From a virus: a DNA stretch of 64,000 nucleotides. The notes below the pieces were generated by a model. That model had not been told where the DNA came from. It saw only the letters and a list, made by a program, of their open reading frames with translations, and ran no database searches. Every line of letters begins with the position of its first letter. Position 1 is the stretch's first letter. Of the stretch, positions 17,174 to 26,314 are shown one piece after another. Both the position numbers and the translations under genes were made by a program. The stretch covers positions 1 through 64,000 of the IMG/VR virus record IMGVR_UViG_3300022562_001344. The stretch is one strand, 5' to 3'.

Positions 17174-19450
17174 ATGGAAGAACTAGAAGGCCGAATCGAC
17201 GGAGTCGTATACTCCGACCGAAATACGGGCTTCTATATACTCAAGGTCCGTCCGGGGGGAGGGAAGAACATCACCGTCAAGGGGAATTTCCCCGGGGTCG
17301 GTATGACACCCGGTCTGAAGGTCCGGTTTCGCGGTGACTGGGTGGACAACCCTAGGTATGGACGTCAGCTGCAGGCCACTTCCTTTGAGCTCGTTCAGGA
17401 CAAGGGGAGGGTCGGGGTCGTCTCCTACCTCGTCTCCCACGTTCCTTCCATAGGCCCGATCACCGCCGGCAAGCTCTACAACGCTTTCGGCGACGATCTC
17501 ATCAAGGTCCTCGAGAGTGACCCGGATAAGATCCTGGAGCTGGACTTCTTGACGAGCGTCCAGGCCAAGTCCATCGTCGACGAGTGGCAGAAATCCTCCC
17601 AGGCTAGGACTACCTCCATCTTTCTGACCGACCTTGGGCTTAACTCCGCTCAGGTCCGGTCTGTCTACTCCGAGTATGGGGCCCTGACCCTCCAGATGGT
17701 CAAGGACAACCCATATTGCCTTTACGACTGCAGCGGGGTCGGCTTCTTGACGGCCGACGTGGCCGCCCGGAAGCTCGGGGTCGGTGTGGACGACCGCCGA
17801 CGCGTGAAGGCCATGATCCAGTTCATTATGGAGGACCTCTCATTCGAGGGACACCTGTGGGTTACGTCGGACCAGATTCGTCAGTACGTGCAGAGGATGT
17901 TCAGGAAACTTGCGCTCGACCCGTTCTCTCATGGGGAGTACATGTCGGACTCCCATTATTTTTCCGCGCTGAAGGAGCTGAAGGAGTCCGGTGAGGTTGT
18001 CGGCCTCGGGGATAAGCTCTACCTCTCGATCCACTGGGAGCATGAGTCTGAGTCTGCTTCCAACTTCGCGAGGAGGATCCTCGCCGGCCCGATGGACTTC
18101 GGCAATCTCCAGTCCGTCCTAGATAAGTTCGAGTCCACGCAGAAGCTCATCCTCTCTGAGGAGCAACGCCAGGCCTTCATGACTCTGGCTGAGTCCAGGG
18201 TGTGCGTCATCTCTGGTTATCCGGGTACGGGAAAGACCACTCTGATTTCGGCCTTCGTCCATCTGTTCGAGGAGATGAACCTCCACTACGTCCTTCTCTC
18301 CCCGACTGGTATTGCGGCGAAGCGCCTGTCCCAGGTCACGAGGAAGTCGGCCTCTACCATTCACCGGGCCCTCGGCTACACCCGGGACGGGGCCTGGGAG
18401 TTCGACAAGCACAACAAGTACTCGGTCGACGCCGTGATCGTGGATGAGATGAGCATGGTCGACGCCTCGACCTTCTACCATCTTGTCACGGCGCTTTCCG
18501 ACGGGTGCGTTCTCGTCCTTGTCGGGGATGCCGCGCAGCTTCCGTCCGTTGGTGCCGGGTATGTCCTGAACAACCTGATGCAGTGCCCGGATGTTCCGCA
18601 TGTCTCCCTTACCCGCATCTACAGGCAGGAGAGGCAGTCCGACATCATCAGGACGGCTCACTCCATTCTCGCCGGCGAGGAGATCGATACCTCCTATAGA
18701 CAGAGCTCCGAGTTCGTCTTCCTCGAGTTCCACAAGGACGACGTGGTCGAGGAGGTCAGGAGGCTCACCGCCTTGATGAAGGACAAGGGCTCGAACTTCC
18801 AGGTCATTGCCCCTATGTACGAGGGGGACCTCGGTGTCAACAACCTCAACCGGAAGCTTCGCGAGGTCCTGAACCCGTTCTTCATTTCTGGGAAGGCCAC
18901 GAGGCTCAAGCATGGCGCGTGTGACTTGTACGAGGGGGACCGCGTCATGGTCGTCAAGAACGACTATGACCGAATGGTCTTTAACGGCGATGTTGGAAAG
19001 GTCCAGCGCATCTCCACCAGGGACGATGAGGTCGAGGTCCGCGTCTTCGACTGGTTCGACCATGAGGCTCCGGTTCCGCGTTACGTCGACAAGGTGTTTA
19101 CGTTCAAGGTTGAGGAGGCCAGGAACGTCCTCCGGGTCGCCTACGCGTGCACGACCCATAAGGTCCAGGGACAGGAGTTCGACTATGTCATCCTTCCCAT
19201 GACCATGCAGTACGGCATTATGCTGTACCGAAACCTCGTCTATACGGCCGTGACTCGCGCTAAGAAGAAGGTCTTCATCTTCGGTGAGTCCAGGGCGTTC
19301 AAGTTTTCCGTCCAGAACGACCGTGAGACCGTTCGGAACTCGTCGCTGGCCGACCTGGTCACGTCAGAGGTCCGCAACGGAGATCCTCCGGTGTCCCGCG
19401 TATCGGGCGTCGAGGAGGAATCCATTGTCGAAGACGCAGCGAGTAGTTGA
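17174..19450 (+). CDS. recD2: RecD2-like SF1B helicase
   Basis: N-terminal OB/HhH, SGYPGTGKTT, STIHR, VDEMSM, VGDAAQLPSVGAG, NGDVG, AYACTTHKVQGQE, YTAVTRA. Confidence 0.95.
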   Translation: MEELEGRIDGVVYSDRNTGFYILKVRPGGGKNITVKGNFPGVGMTPGLKVRFRGDWVDNPRYGRQLQATSFELVQDKGRVGVVSYLVSHVPSIGPITAGKLYNAFGDDLIKVLESDPDKILELDFLTSVQAKSIVDEWQKSSQARTTSIFLTDLGLNSAQVRSVYSEYGALTLQMVKDNPYCLYDCSGVGFLTADVAARKLGVGVDDRRRVKAMIQFIMEDLSFEGHLWVTSDQIRQYVQRMFRKLALDPFSHGEYMSDSHYFSALKELKESGEVVGLGDKLYLSIHWEHESESASNFARRILAGPMDFGNLQSVLDKFESTQKLILSEEQRQAFMTLAESRVCVISGYPGTGKTTLISAFVHLFEEMNLHYVLLSPTGIAAKRLSQVTRKSASTIHRALGYTRDGAWEFDKHNKYSVDAVIVDEMSMVDASTFYHLVTALSDGCVLVLVGDAAQLPSVGAGYVLNNLMQCPDVPHVSLTRIYRQERQSDIIRTAHSILAGEEIDTSYRQSSEFVFLEFHKDDVVEEVRRLTALMKDKGSNFQVIAPMYEGDLGVNNLNRKLREVLNPFFISGKATRLKHGACDLYEGDRVMVVKNDYDRMVFNGDVGKVQRISTRDDEVEVRVFDWFDHEAPVPRYVDKVFTFKVEEARNVLRVAYACTTHKVQGQEFDYVILPMTMQYGIMLYRNLVYTAVTRAKKKVFIFGESRAFKFSVQNDRETVRNSSLADLVTSEVRNGDPPVSRVSGVEEESIVEDAASS

Positions 19451-19760
19451 CCTGGTGAAGGAGATTTCCGAGCTCGAGTCCCTGAGGGAGTCGAAGCTCG
19501 CCGAGCTCCAGGCCCTTATCGGGGACAAATCCGGACCGAGGGCGAAAGCAGCGAAGACGGCTAAGGCCGGGACGGAGTGGCCGGAACGCATCGTCCAGTA
19601 CCTGGCCCGACGCCGTGGCCAAGCAGTCGGGGCAGGCGAACTCTGTAAGTCTCTGAAGTGCCCGCCGCACGTTCTGGTCTACCACATGAAGGCTCTCATC
19701 GAGGAGAAGCGAGTGAAGCGGGTGAAGCGGGGGTACTACCAGCTTCGTGGCAGGTCTTGA
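19425..19760 (+). CDS. Coiled-coil plus winged-helix DNA-binding protein
   Basis: GAGGAGG RBS + TTG; GELCKSLKCPPHVLVYHMKALIEEKRVKRVKRGYY. Confidence 0.7.
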   Translation: MSKTQRVVDLVKEISELESLRESKLAELQALIGDKSGPRAKAAKTAKAGTEWPERIVQYLARRRGQAVGAGELCKSLKCPPHVLVYHMKALIEEKRVKRVKRGYYQLRGRS

Positions 19761-19775
19761 GCTGTAATCTCGGTC

Positions 19776-20771
19776 GTGTCCGAGATTCGCTTTTTGACAT
19801 CTTCTGACGAGCATCTAGCAGACCTGTCCCCCGGGTTCCGAAAGGACGACTATAAGTCGGCCGTCCTGGGGAAGCTGGACTGGCAGGGGTCCCTTGCCCG
19901 GAAGTTCGAGGCTAACGCCGTGCTTCGCGGCGGGGACCTCTTTCACGTCAAGGCTGCGAACAAGACCACGATGGCCACGATGGCCGCCGTGGCTGGGGTC
20001 CATCGTCGCTATCCGTGTCCGACCTATTCGGTCGCGGGTAATCATGACATGACCCATAACGACCCAGACACTGTCCCGAGGCAACCGCTGGGGGTCCTCT
20101 TCGAGGCGGGCGTCATCAGGCCTCTGTCCGATGAGCGCTTCACGTCCGGGTCCATGAGCGTCCGCGTTGTCGGGGTCGAGTATGTTACCGACCTGGACGA
20201 CGAGGGCCTCAGGGATATGGTCCGGAAGAAGGACGGGGACACATACACGATTGCCGTCGTCCATGCCCTGGCCGCGTACGCCCCGGAGGAGCGCATCCAG
20301 TCATTTTTCGGCGAGCGCATCTTCGACTACCGGGACCTCGTCTTCGAGGGATGCCCGGACGCCTACGTCTTTGCTCACTACCACAAGGACCAGGGAATCC
20401 GGGAACACCTCGGGGTCCAATTCGTGAACCTCGGTGCTGTTTCCCGCGGCGCCCTGACCTTCGAGAACATGGAGAGGAGGCCGAAGGTGTCCTCGATCCT
20501 GTGTTCCTCTAGCGGAATCTCCATCGAGGAGCACGAAATCCCCTGCGAGGACGCGTCCGCCGTCTTCGACCTCGAGAAGAAGCAGCAGCTCGAGAAGGAG
20601 AGGAGGATGATGGACGACTTCATCAAGCACCTCAGGGAGAACTCGGGTGTCGGTGACGGCGAGATCAAGGACCGCGTGGCCGCCTTTGAGGCTGGGGACT
20701 ACCCGGATGACCTGAAGAGGGTTGTCTTGTCCACTATCGAGGCCGCTGAGGCCGGCGTCTTGGAGGAGTGA
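19776..20771 (+). CDS. sbcD: SbcD/Mre11-like metallophosphoesterase nuclease
   Basis: SDEHL, GGDLFH, GNHD, VVH, AHYH motifs. Confidence 0.85.
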   Translation: MSEIRFLTSSDEHLADLSPGFRKDDYKSAVLGKLDWQGSLARKFEANAVLRGGDLFHVKAANKTTMATMAAVAGVHRRYPCPTYSVAGNHDMTHNDPDTVPRQPLGVLFEAGVIRPLSDERFTSGSMSVRVVGVEYVTDLDDEGLRDMVRKKDGDTYTIAVVHALAAYAPEERIQSFFGERIFDYRDLVFEGCPDAYVFAHYHKDQGIREHLGVQFVNLGAVSRGALTFENMERRPKVSSILCSSSGISIEEHEIPCEDASAVFDLEKKQQLEKERRMMDDFIKHLRENSGVGDGEIKDRVAAFEAGDYPDDLKRVVLSTIEAAEAGVLEE

Positions 20772-21613
20772 TGGGGTACGACCAATACCTCAGCTACTCT
20801 GGTCGGAAGGCCTATGAGTGCCCGAGCCAGTACCAGCATAGGTATATCCTGAAGACTCAGGTCCCTCGCGACCCTAGGACCTCGTTTTTCGGCTCCATGA
20901 TCGGGAAGGTCTTCGAGTGGTTCTACGAAAGGTCCGTCTGGGCTGACCCGGATCCAGAGGCGGTTGCCGTTTCCCTCATTCCGGAGGCCGTCCGCTTCGT
21001 CTTGCAGGACGAGGGGTTCTCTCGTTCTCAAGATCCGACGTATGTGGCCAACGTAGAGGAGGAAGTCCGCGACCTGGTCCCGAAGGGCGTCGGAGTCATC
21101 CGGGACCACAGGCTTCTTTCTCCGAACAGTAGGGCCGAGATCGACTTGACCGTGAATTACACGAGTCAGAAACACGGGATGACGGTCCGGCTTGGAGGCC
21201 GGACGGACTTCGTCCACTATCAGTCACCGGAGGACGTCTGGATCCTGGACGGGAAGGGGTCCAGGCACCGCGAGAAGTATGTAGACTCGGAGCAGGTGAT
21301 CTGGTACGCTGTCCAGCACTACTTGAAGTACCGCGTCGCCCCGTCCCGCCTCGGGTTCCTCTATTGGCGCTTCCCGAAGGACCCCGTTCAATGGATCGAG
21401 TACGACGAACAGTCGATGCGGGACAGCCTGGACCGGACCTTCGACGTGGTCAAGAGGATCCGTCTTAAGATGTTCGACCCGAAGCCCTCTTCCGCATGCC
21501 ACAGGTGCGACTATCGCCCCCACTGTTCGGAGGGGACCCGATACCTGGCCGAGAGACGGGTGGAGACGGGTGGCCGCATCGAGTCGTCTGTCTTCGACCT
21601 GGAGCAGGTCTGA
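20768..21613 (+). CDS. PD-(D/E)xK nuclease (RecB/Cas4-like, Cys cluster)
   Basis: LSYS..CP, GRTD, ILDGKG, QVIWYA, CHRCDYRPHC. Confidence 0.85.
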   Translation: MMGYDQYLSYSGRKAYECPSQYQHRYILKTQVPRDPRTSFFGSMIGKVFEWFYERSVWADPDPEAVAVSLIPEAVRFVLQDEGFSRSQDPTYVANVEEEVRDLVPKGVGVIRDHRLLSPNSRAEIDLTVNYTSQKHGMTVRLGGRTDFVHYQSPEDVWILDGKGSRHREKYVDSEQVIWYAVQHYLKYRVAPSRLGFLYWRFPKDPVQWIEYDEQSMRDSLDRTFDVVKRIRLKMFDPKPSSACHRCDYRPHCSEGTRYLAERRVETGGRIESSVFDLEQV

Positions 21614-21631
21614 GCTGTACTCTGGTAAGCC

Positions 21632-21931
21632 ATGGCTGACAAAACCGAAAGCACCAAGGATCTCGAGGCAAGGTACAAAGGCCTCCAGGGCCGCCTTACG
21701 ACCCTGAAGGCCGACAAGGGGACGGTCGAGGCCGAGCTCGCCGCCAGGCAGAGGGCCCTGAAGAAGAGTATGGACGAGTGTCGCGCCGCCGGGTTCGACC
21801 CGGATAACCTGCAGGAAGAGATCCGTCGGGCCAAGGAAGTGGTCGGGGTGAAGCTCGACACATTCCAGGCCGATATCGAGGCCGGGGAGAAGATCGTCCG
21901 CCCGCTCGTCGAGGCGATCCGGCGGGGCTGA
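21632..21931 (+). CDS. Small coiled-coil protein
   Basis: 99 aa with heptad pattern; TACTCT upstream. Confidence 0.75.
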   Translation: MADKTESTKDLEARYKGLQGRLTTLKADKGTVEAELAARQRALKKSMDECRAAGFDPDNLQEEIRRAKEVVGVKLDTFQADIEAGEKIVRPLVEAIRRG

Positions 21932-21932
21932 T

Positions 21933-23066
21933 ATGCCGAAGTTCTCCTTTCAGCCGGAGGACCTGAAGCGCGCTCTCGCGCTCGCTAGGACCGTCAAGCC
22001 AGAGACGGGGGACTTCTGTTTCAAGTTCGCGTCGGATTCCCTCATCATCTTCTCCTTCGACCGGCGTCGTTACGTCTGTTCCCGCGTACCCGCCACGCCG
22101 GACAAGCCGGTCGAGCCGGACTTCCAGTCCCCGGACTACTACGTGACCCTGGATCGGACTGCCCTTTTCGACTCGGACCTGACGTCCGTCACCGTTTCCG
22201 TGAACGAGAAGTCGATGTCCGTGAGCGCGACGGATGGGGATCAGACGAGGAACGCGAGCCTGAAGCGCAAGGCTGTCCGTTCTAAGCGCCCGCCTGTCCC
22301 GTCCGCCCCGGACTTGCCATCAGTCAGTGTGCAGACCGCCGCGTTTGAGGCGCTCCTCCATCAGGTGTCGTGCTCTGCACTCGTCAAGGAGACTAAGACC
22401 GAGGAGGAAATGCGCGTCAACCAGGTCCACTTTTACGCGGACGACGGATGCGCTTGTTCCAGCGCCCGTTACTACGGATCCGCCGTGTATCTCGATGGGC
22501 TCGGCCTGGACCTTTCCGTGGTGAGCTCCGACATTCCGGCCCTTAAGTCGTTCTGCTCAAAGTCGGTCTCCGACGTCGTGAGCGTGAGCCAGGACAAGTC
22601 CCGCCTCTACCTGTCTGACCCGGTCTCCGGGTCGTTTCTCGCTCTCAGCAGGGTTGCGACTAAGAAGCCGCCCCTGTCCGTCCTTGATCCCGACGGCTTT
22701 CAGACGGTCATCGTCGCTGACCACTCACAGCTCCTGAAGAACCTCGGATGGGCCCAGTTGGCTATTGAAGGGACTCAACGCCTTGGCTTTCGGGCCTCGA
22801 GGCCCGGCGGTTCGGAGGTCGGGGAGGTCGTGCTTTGGTCCGAGTCGGCTGAACTCTCGAGGTTCCCGGTTCGCTTCTTGAAGGGAGATGGTCTGTCCGC
22901 GGATTTCCCGGTCCGATTCTTCCACTCTCTCGTCAAGCACGTGGACGGGGACGTGTCCCTCGGTTTTTCCCATCCGGACGCTCCGACGGTCCTTGGCGTA
23001 TTCCCGACTCAGCCAGACCAGTCCGTTCGTTATGTTCATTATCTGCAGAGTATGAGGGCACGTTGA
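21933..23066 (+). CDS. dnaN: Probable sliding clamp (DnaN beta-like)
   Basis: 377 aa; MPKFSF..EDLKRAL N-terminus; three-domain beta-rich layout; clamp-loader genes in the same block. Confidence 0.55.
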   Translation: MPKFSFQPEDLKRALALARTVKPETGDFCFKFASDSLIIFSFDRRRYVCSRVPATPDKPVEPDFQSPDYYVTLDRTALFDSDLTSVTVSVNEKSMSVSATDGDQTRNASLKRKAVRSKRPPVPSAPDLPSVSVQTAAFEALLHQVSCSALVKETKTEEEMRVNQVHFYADDGCACSSARYYGSAVYLDGLGLDLSVVSSDIPALKSFCSKSVSDVVSVSQDKSRLYLSDPVSGSFLALSRVATKKPPLSVLDPDGFQTVIVADHSQLLKNLGWAQLAIEGTQRLGFRASRPGGSEVGEVVLWSESAELSRFPVRFLKGDGLSADFPVRFFHSLVKHVDGDVSLGFSHPDAPTVLGVFPTQPDQSVRYVHYLQSMRAR

Positions 23067-23719
23067 GTAACCTCCAGGATCTTAAGGGAAGGCTTCAGAT
23101 TCTCAAGGAGAACATAGCCCGGGCCGAGGCCCACCGAGACTCTGTTCGTGCCCGTCGTGAGACGGCCGAGCGCGTCGCCTCTTCTCTCAGGTACGACGCC
23201 GAGCTTCAGCAGAAGAGCTCGGAGGTGATCAAGTCATGGCTGGACGACATGCTCAGGAGCAATGTTGACTCGATCGCGTCCCTGGCCACCAGCGGTCTCC
23301 GGCACGTCATTCACGACCAGGACCTGTCCTTCCGGATCAAGCAAGAGCTCAAGTACAACCGCGTCTCCATGAGTTTCGTCATCGAGGACGGAGGTGTGGA
23401 GGGTGACCCGATGTCCTCTTTCGGAGGAGGAGCCGTCCTCGTGGCGAGCCTGATTCTGAGACTTGCCGTCATGTCCCGCCTCGGCATGGGGAACCTTCTT
23501 CTCCTGGACGAGACCATGTTCGCTCTTGCGAACAAGTATGTCCCGTCCGCTGCCGACTTCATGCGGCAGCTCTCCGAGGAGACCGGGGTGAACATCTTCA
23601 TGGTCACGCATAACGAGGAGTTCATGTCAAACGCCCACACTGCCTACGAGGGCTTCTCTGCCCCCTCCTCGGACGATTCGGTCAACAAGCGAGTATTTCG
23701 TCTTCGGCGTCGCGCGTAG
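23063..23719 (+). CDS. sbcC: SbcC/Rad50 C-terminal ATPase half
   Basis: Coiled coil, signature SFGGG, Walker B LLLLDE, H-loop VTHN; no Walker A. Confidence 0.8.
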   Translation: MSNLQDLKGRLQILKENIARAEAHRDSVRARRETAERVASSLRYDAELQQKSSEVIKSWLDDMLRSNVDSIASLATSGLRHVIHDQDLSFRIKQELKYNRVSMSFVIEDGGVEGDPMSSFGGGAVLVASLILRLAVMSRLGMGNLLLLDETMFALANKYVPSAADFMRQLSEETGVNIFMVTHNEEFMSNAHTAYEGFSAPSSDDSVNKRVFRLRRRA

Positions 23720-23730
23720 GGTGATGACCC

Positions 23731-24369
23731 GTGAAGTCAAGGGAGGAAGTGCTCAGGAGGCTGAAGAAGCTCCGGGCCCGGTATCTTCGCCGGCATCTCC
23801 GCCTGTCTCAGGACAGGCGGCCTCGGAATTGTTCCTACAATCACGAGGTTCAGGCATCCCCCGCCAGGAGCCGCTTCTCGGACCCGGGCGACGACGTCTC
23901 CGGCCCCGGGGATGAAAGGCCGGTGCAACCAGCTCGTTCTTCATCTCTGGTCGTCCTACAGGACGATCCGTCCGTTCGTGTCTGCCTGTATGGATGTGAA
24001 GATCCGGCGACCTGGGCCGGCGACCTTTGCTACACGGACGAGAAGGCCGAGTCCTGTGGTTGGTTCAAGCCCGAGAAGGACCCGGCCGAGGCGGAGCGGG
24101 AGTTCGACGCCATGCTTGCCGACGACAAGTACGTCTACGACCACTATCCGGACGTGGCGGCTCTTCAGTGGGTTCTCGAAGACCGGGTCCACAGGCACCG
24201 CCCGGGGTTGCTCGAGAGGCTTTGGCGTCGTCTGTTTCGCCCGAAGTCCGTGTCCAAGCCGAAGCTCCTTCCTCCTGTCGCTGATCTCGGATCGGACGCC
24301 CTTGATGTCGACCAGGATGTCCTGGAGAATCCGGACTTCGACCCGAGCTTGACCGGCCTGTTCCGATGA
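23731..24369 (+). CDS. Cys-containing hypothetical protein
   Basis: In-operon ORF. Confidence 0.7.
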   Translation: MKSREEVLRRLKKLRARYLRRHLRLSQDRRPRNCSYNHEVQASPARSRFSDPGDDVSGPGDERPVQPARSSSLVVLQDDPSVRVCLYGCEDPATWAGDLCYTDEKAESCGWFKPEKDPAEAEREFDAMLADDKYVYDHYPDVAALQWVLEDRVHRHRPGLLERLWRRLFRPKSVSKPKLLPPVADLGSDALDVDQDVLENPDFDPSLTGLFR

Positions 24370-24992
24370 TTCTCCTGCGAATACTTGAGCACGACTTGCA
24401 TAGGTCCAGGCAGGGAGACGCGGTGCCCCTGTGCGTCGGGATCCCGGCCAAGAAGGAGTTCCTTCCCGCCATCGTTTCCAACTCGAAGGGGAAGTTCGTC
24501 GCCATAGACCATCTCGGCCCCTCGAACGGGATGAAGGCGCTCATTCCGAATGTCCCGTGGGACTCGGAACGCATCTACGGGCTCGTTTTCCCCTGGGACT
24601 CGGACCGGCTCGATGACGTTATAGGGGATATGTGTTCTGCGGCTCGAGACCTGTCTGTGGCCAACAACTGGGGGAACGTCTTCTCCGGCAATGGCGCAGC
24701 AAAGAAGGCGTTCGACTACGTCCACGAGTCCTCCGGTCTGGATGGGCAGCCCCACGTCTGCCTGGTCCCGGAGGGGTGGAGCCAGTCCAGGATCAAGCGT
24801 TTCTTTGGGAAGTCGAACGTCGATGAGCAGCAGCGGAAGTACCGCCGTCACTGCTGGATCGTCTCGTCCAAAGCTGAGTTCCCGGTCTTCTTGTCTCGTC
24901 CTGACTTCGTCGGGATGTACACCCAGTTCATGGGCGGAAACTCGAGCATCGTCCTGCACAACGTTCGTCTCGGAATGGGCTTCTGTCTGTGA
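24366..24992 (+). CDS. Hypothetical protein
   Basis: ATGA-coupled ORF. Confidence 0.7.
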   Translation: MILLRILEHDLHRSRQGDAVPLCVGIPAKKEFLPAIVSNSKGKFVAIDHLGPSNGMKALIPNVPWDSERIYGLVFPWDSDRLDDVIGDMCSAARDLSVANNWGNVFSGNGAAKKAFDYVHESSGLDGQPHVCLVPEGWSQSRIKRFFGKSNVDEQQRKYRRHCWIVSSKAEFPVFLSRPDFVGMYTQFMGGNSSIVLHNVRLGMGFCL

Positions 24993-25798
24993 CTCTGGTC
25001 GACGGGTTTGTTGAGTGGGCCCACACTGGCCTCCTGGACAGCGACGAGGCGCAGGCGTATCTGCGCGGTCGCGGGGTCTCAGAGGAGCAGTGGGTTAGGC
25101 ACCGGCTCGGCTATGTCGCCGGGGACTACTCCGTTGATCCTTCCATCGACCCGGGCCACAACGAGGCTTGTGGTGATAGGGACAAGAGGGGCCTATGGTG
25201 TGACAGCTGCCGCTACGCTCACTGGTCTGCGGTTTGGGTCAGGGCTGACGACGAGCCGGAAGACGCCCCGAAGCGCCCGATCATGGGCCGTAGGATACTC
25301 GGCGGAGTCGTTTTCCCTCTCACGAACTACGCCGGCGGGACCGTCGGGTTTCAAGTCAGGTCTATCACCGAGAAGTCTTATGACACCTTCACCGTCCGAC
25401 ATCGTCCGGAGGGGTATTTCTTCGGCATAGCCCAGAGCATTCAGTCCATATGGACGACTCGAGAGGCGTGGATCGTCGAGGGCGGTTTCGACCATCTCGT
25501 GATCGAGCGTCTGGTTGCCAAGAACGTGGTCAGTTTGACCACCAGTGCCCCGGGGAAGGAGCAGACAAGGTTCCTTCGCCGCTTCGTGGACACGGTGAAT
25601 TCATGCCTGGACCGTGACGCCGGCGGAAGGAAGGGCTTTCAGTCCATAGTTAAGTGGAACTCCGACCACTTCGGCATTCGGGATATCGAGTATCCTCGGG
25701 TCAAGCCGAAGGACAAGGATCTCGGTGACTTCTGGAAGTCCGTCGGGGACGAGGCCTTTGCCAGGTATTTCAGGGAGAGAGTAATCTCCAGATTTTGA
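24989..25798 (+). CDS. dnaG: DnaG-type primase catalytic core (TOPRIM) without the N-terminal CHC2 finger
   Basis: AQAYLRGRGV, VVFPL, GFQVR, IVEGGFD, CLDRDAGG, KDLGD. Confidence 0.8.
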   Translation: MTLVDGFVEWAHTGLLDSDEAQAYLRGRGVSEEQWVRHRLGYVAGDYSVDPSIDPGHNEACGDRDKRGLWCDSCRYAHWSAVWVRADDEPEDAPKRPIMGRRILGGVVFPLTNYAGGTVGFQVRSITEKSYDTFTVRHRPEGYFFGIAQSIQSIWTTREAWIVEGGFDHLVIERLVAKNVVSLTTSAPGKEQTRFLRRFVDTVNSCLDRDAGGRKGFQSIVKWNSDHFGIRDIEYPRVKPKDKDLGDFWKSVGDEAFARYFRERVISRF

Positions 25799-25805
25799 GG
25801 TCGAC

Positions 25806-26306
25806 GTGAAAAACAGCAACGGAACAGACTTGATCGAGAACGACGCGGTCCGGGACGAAAGGAAGAAGTCCGAGAAGATCCCGCTTCTTTTCGACGACTT
25901 CGAACAGGCGGAGGGCATCGCCGGCCGTCTGATTCCGGAGTTCCACCCGCATCTCGCGAGCGCGGACATTCGGTATATCTGCCGAAATCGAGCCGCCAAG
26001 AGGAGCGGCGTCAGTGTTCCCGGGAATGTCTACAAGATTTCCGGGAAGTACCGGTTCCTCACCGGTTACGACTTCGTCTTGGAGATTGCTCTCGAAGTCT
26101 GGAACGAATTGCAGCCGAATCAGAGGACGGCTCTGGTCGACCATCTCCTGGCTCGTTGCGAGGGCGTCGAGGACGAGGAGAACGGGAGCTACAAGTGGAA
26201 AGTCGTTCCACCTGCCATCCAGGAGTTCCCCGAGGTCGCGGAACGTAATGGTCAGTGGAACGAAGGGCTCGTGGATATGGAGAAGGCTCTCCGCGCCAGG
26301 ATGTAG
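25806..26306 (+). CDS. Phage metallopeptidase-like protein with degenerate HExxH
   Basis: HPHLASADI, YDFVLEI..EVW..L...QRTALVDHLLARC, EFPEVAERNGQW. Confidence 0.6.
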   Translation: MKNSNGTDLIENDAVRDERKKSEKIPLLFDDFEQAEGIAGRLIPEFHPHLASADIRYICRNRAAKRSGVSVPGNVYKISGKYRFLTGYDFVLEIALEVWNELQPNQRTALVDHLLARCEGVEDEENGSYKWKVVPPAIQEFPEVAERNGQWNEGLVDMEKALRARM

Positions 26307-26314
26307 TCTGTTCT

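Noticed and set aside
20768-21613. Cas4 as evidence of a CRISPR-Cas system
   Set aside because: No array or other cas genes; stand-alone PD-(D/E)xK nucleases are common in phage recombination modules
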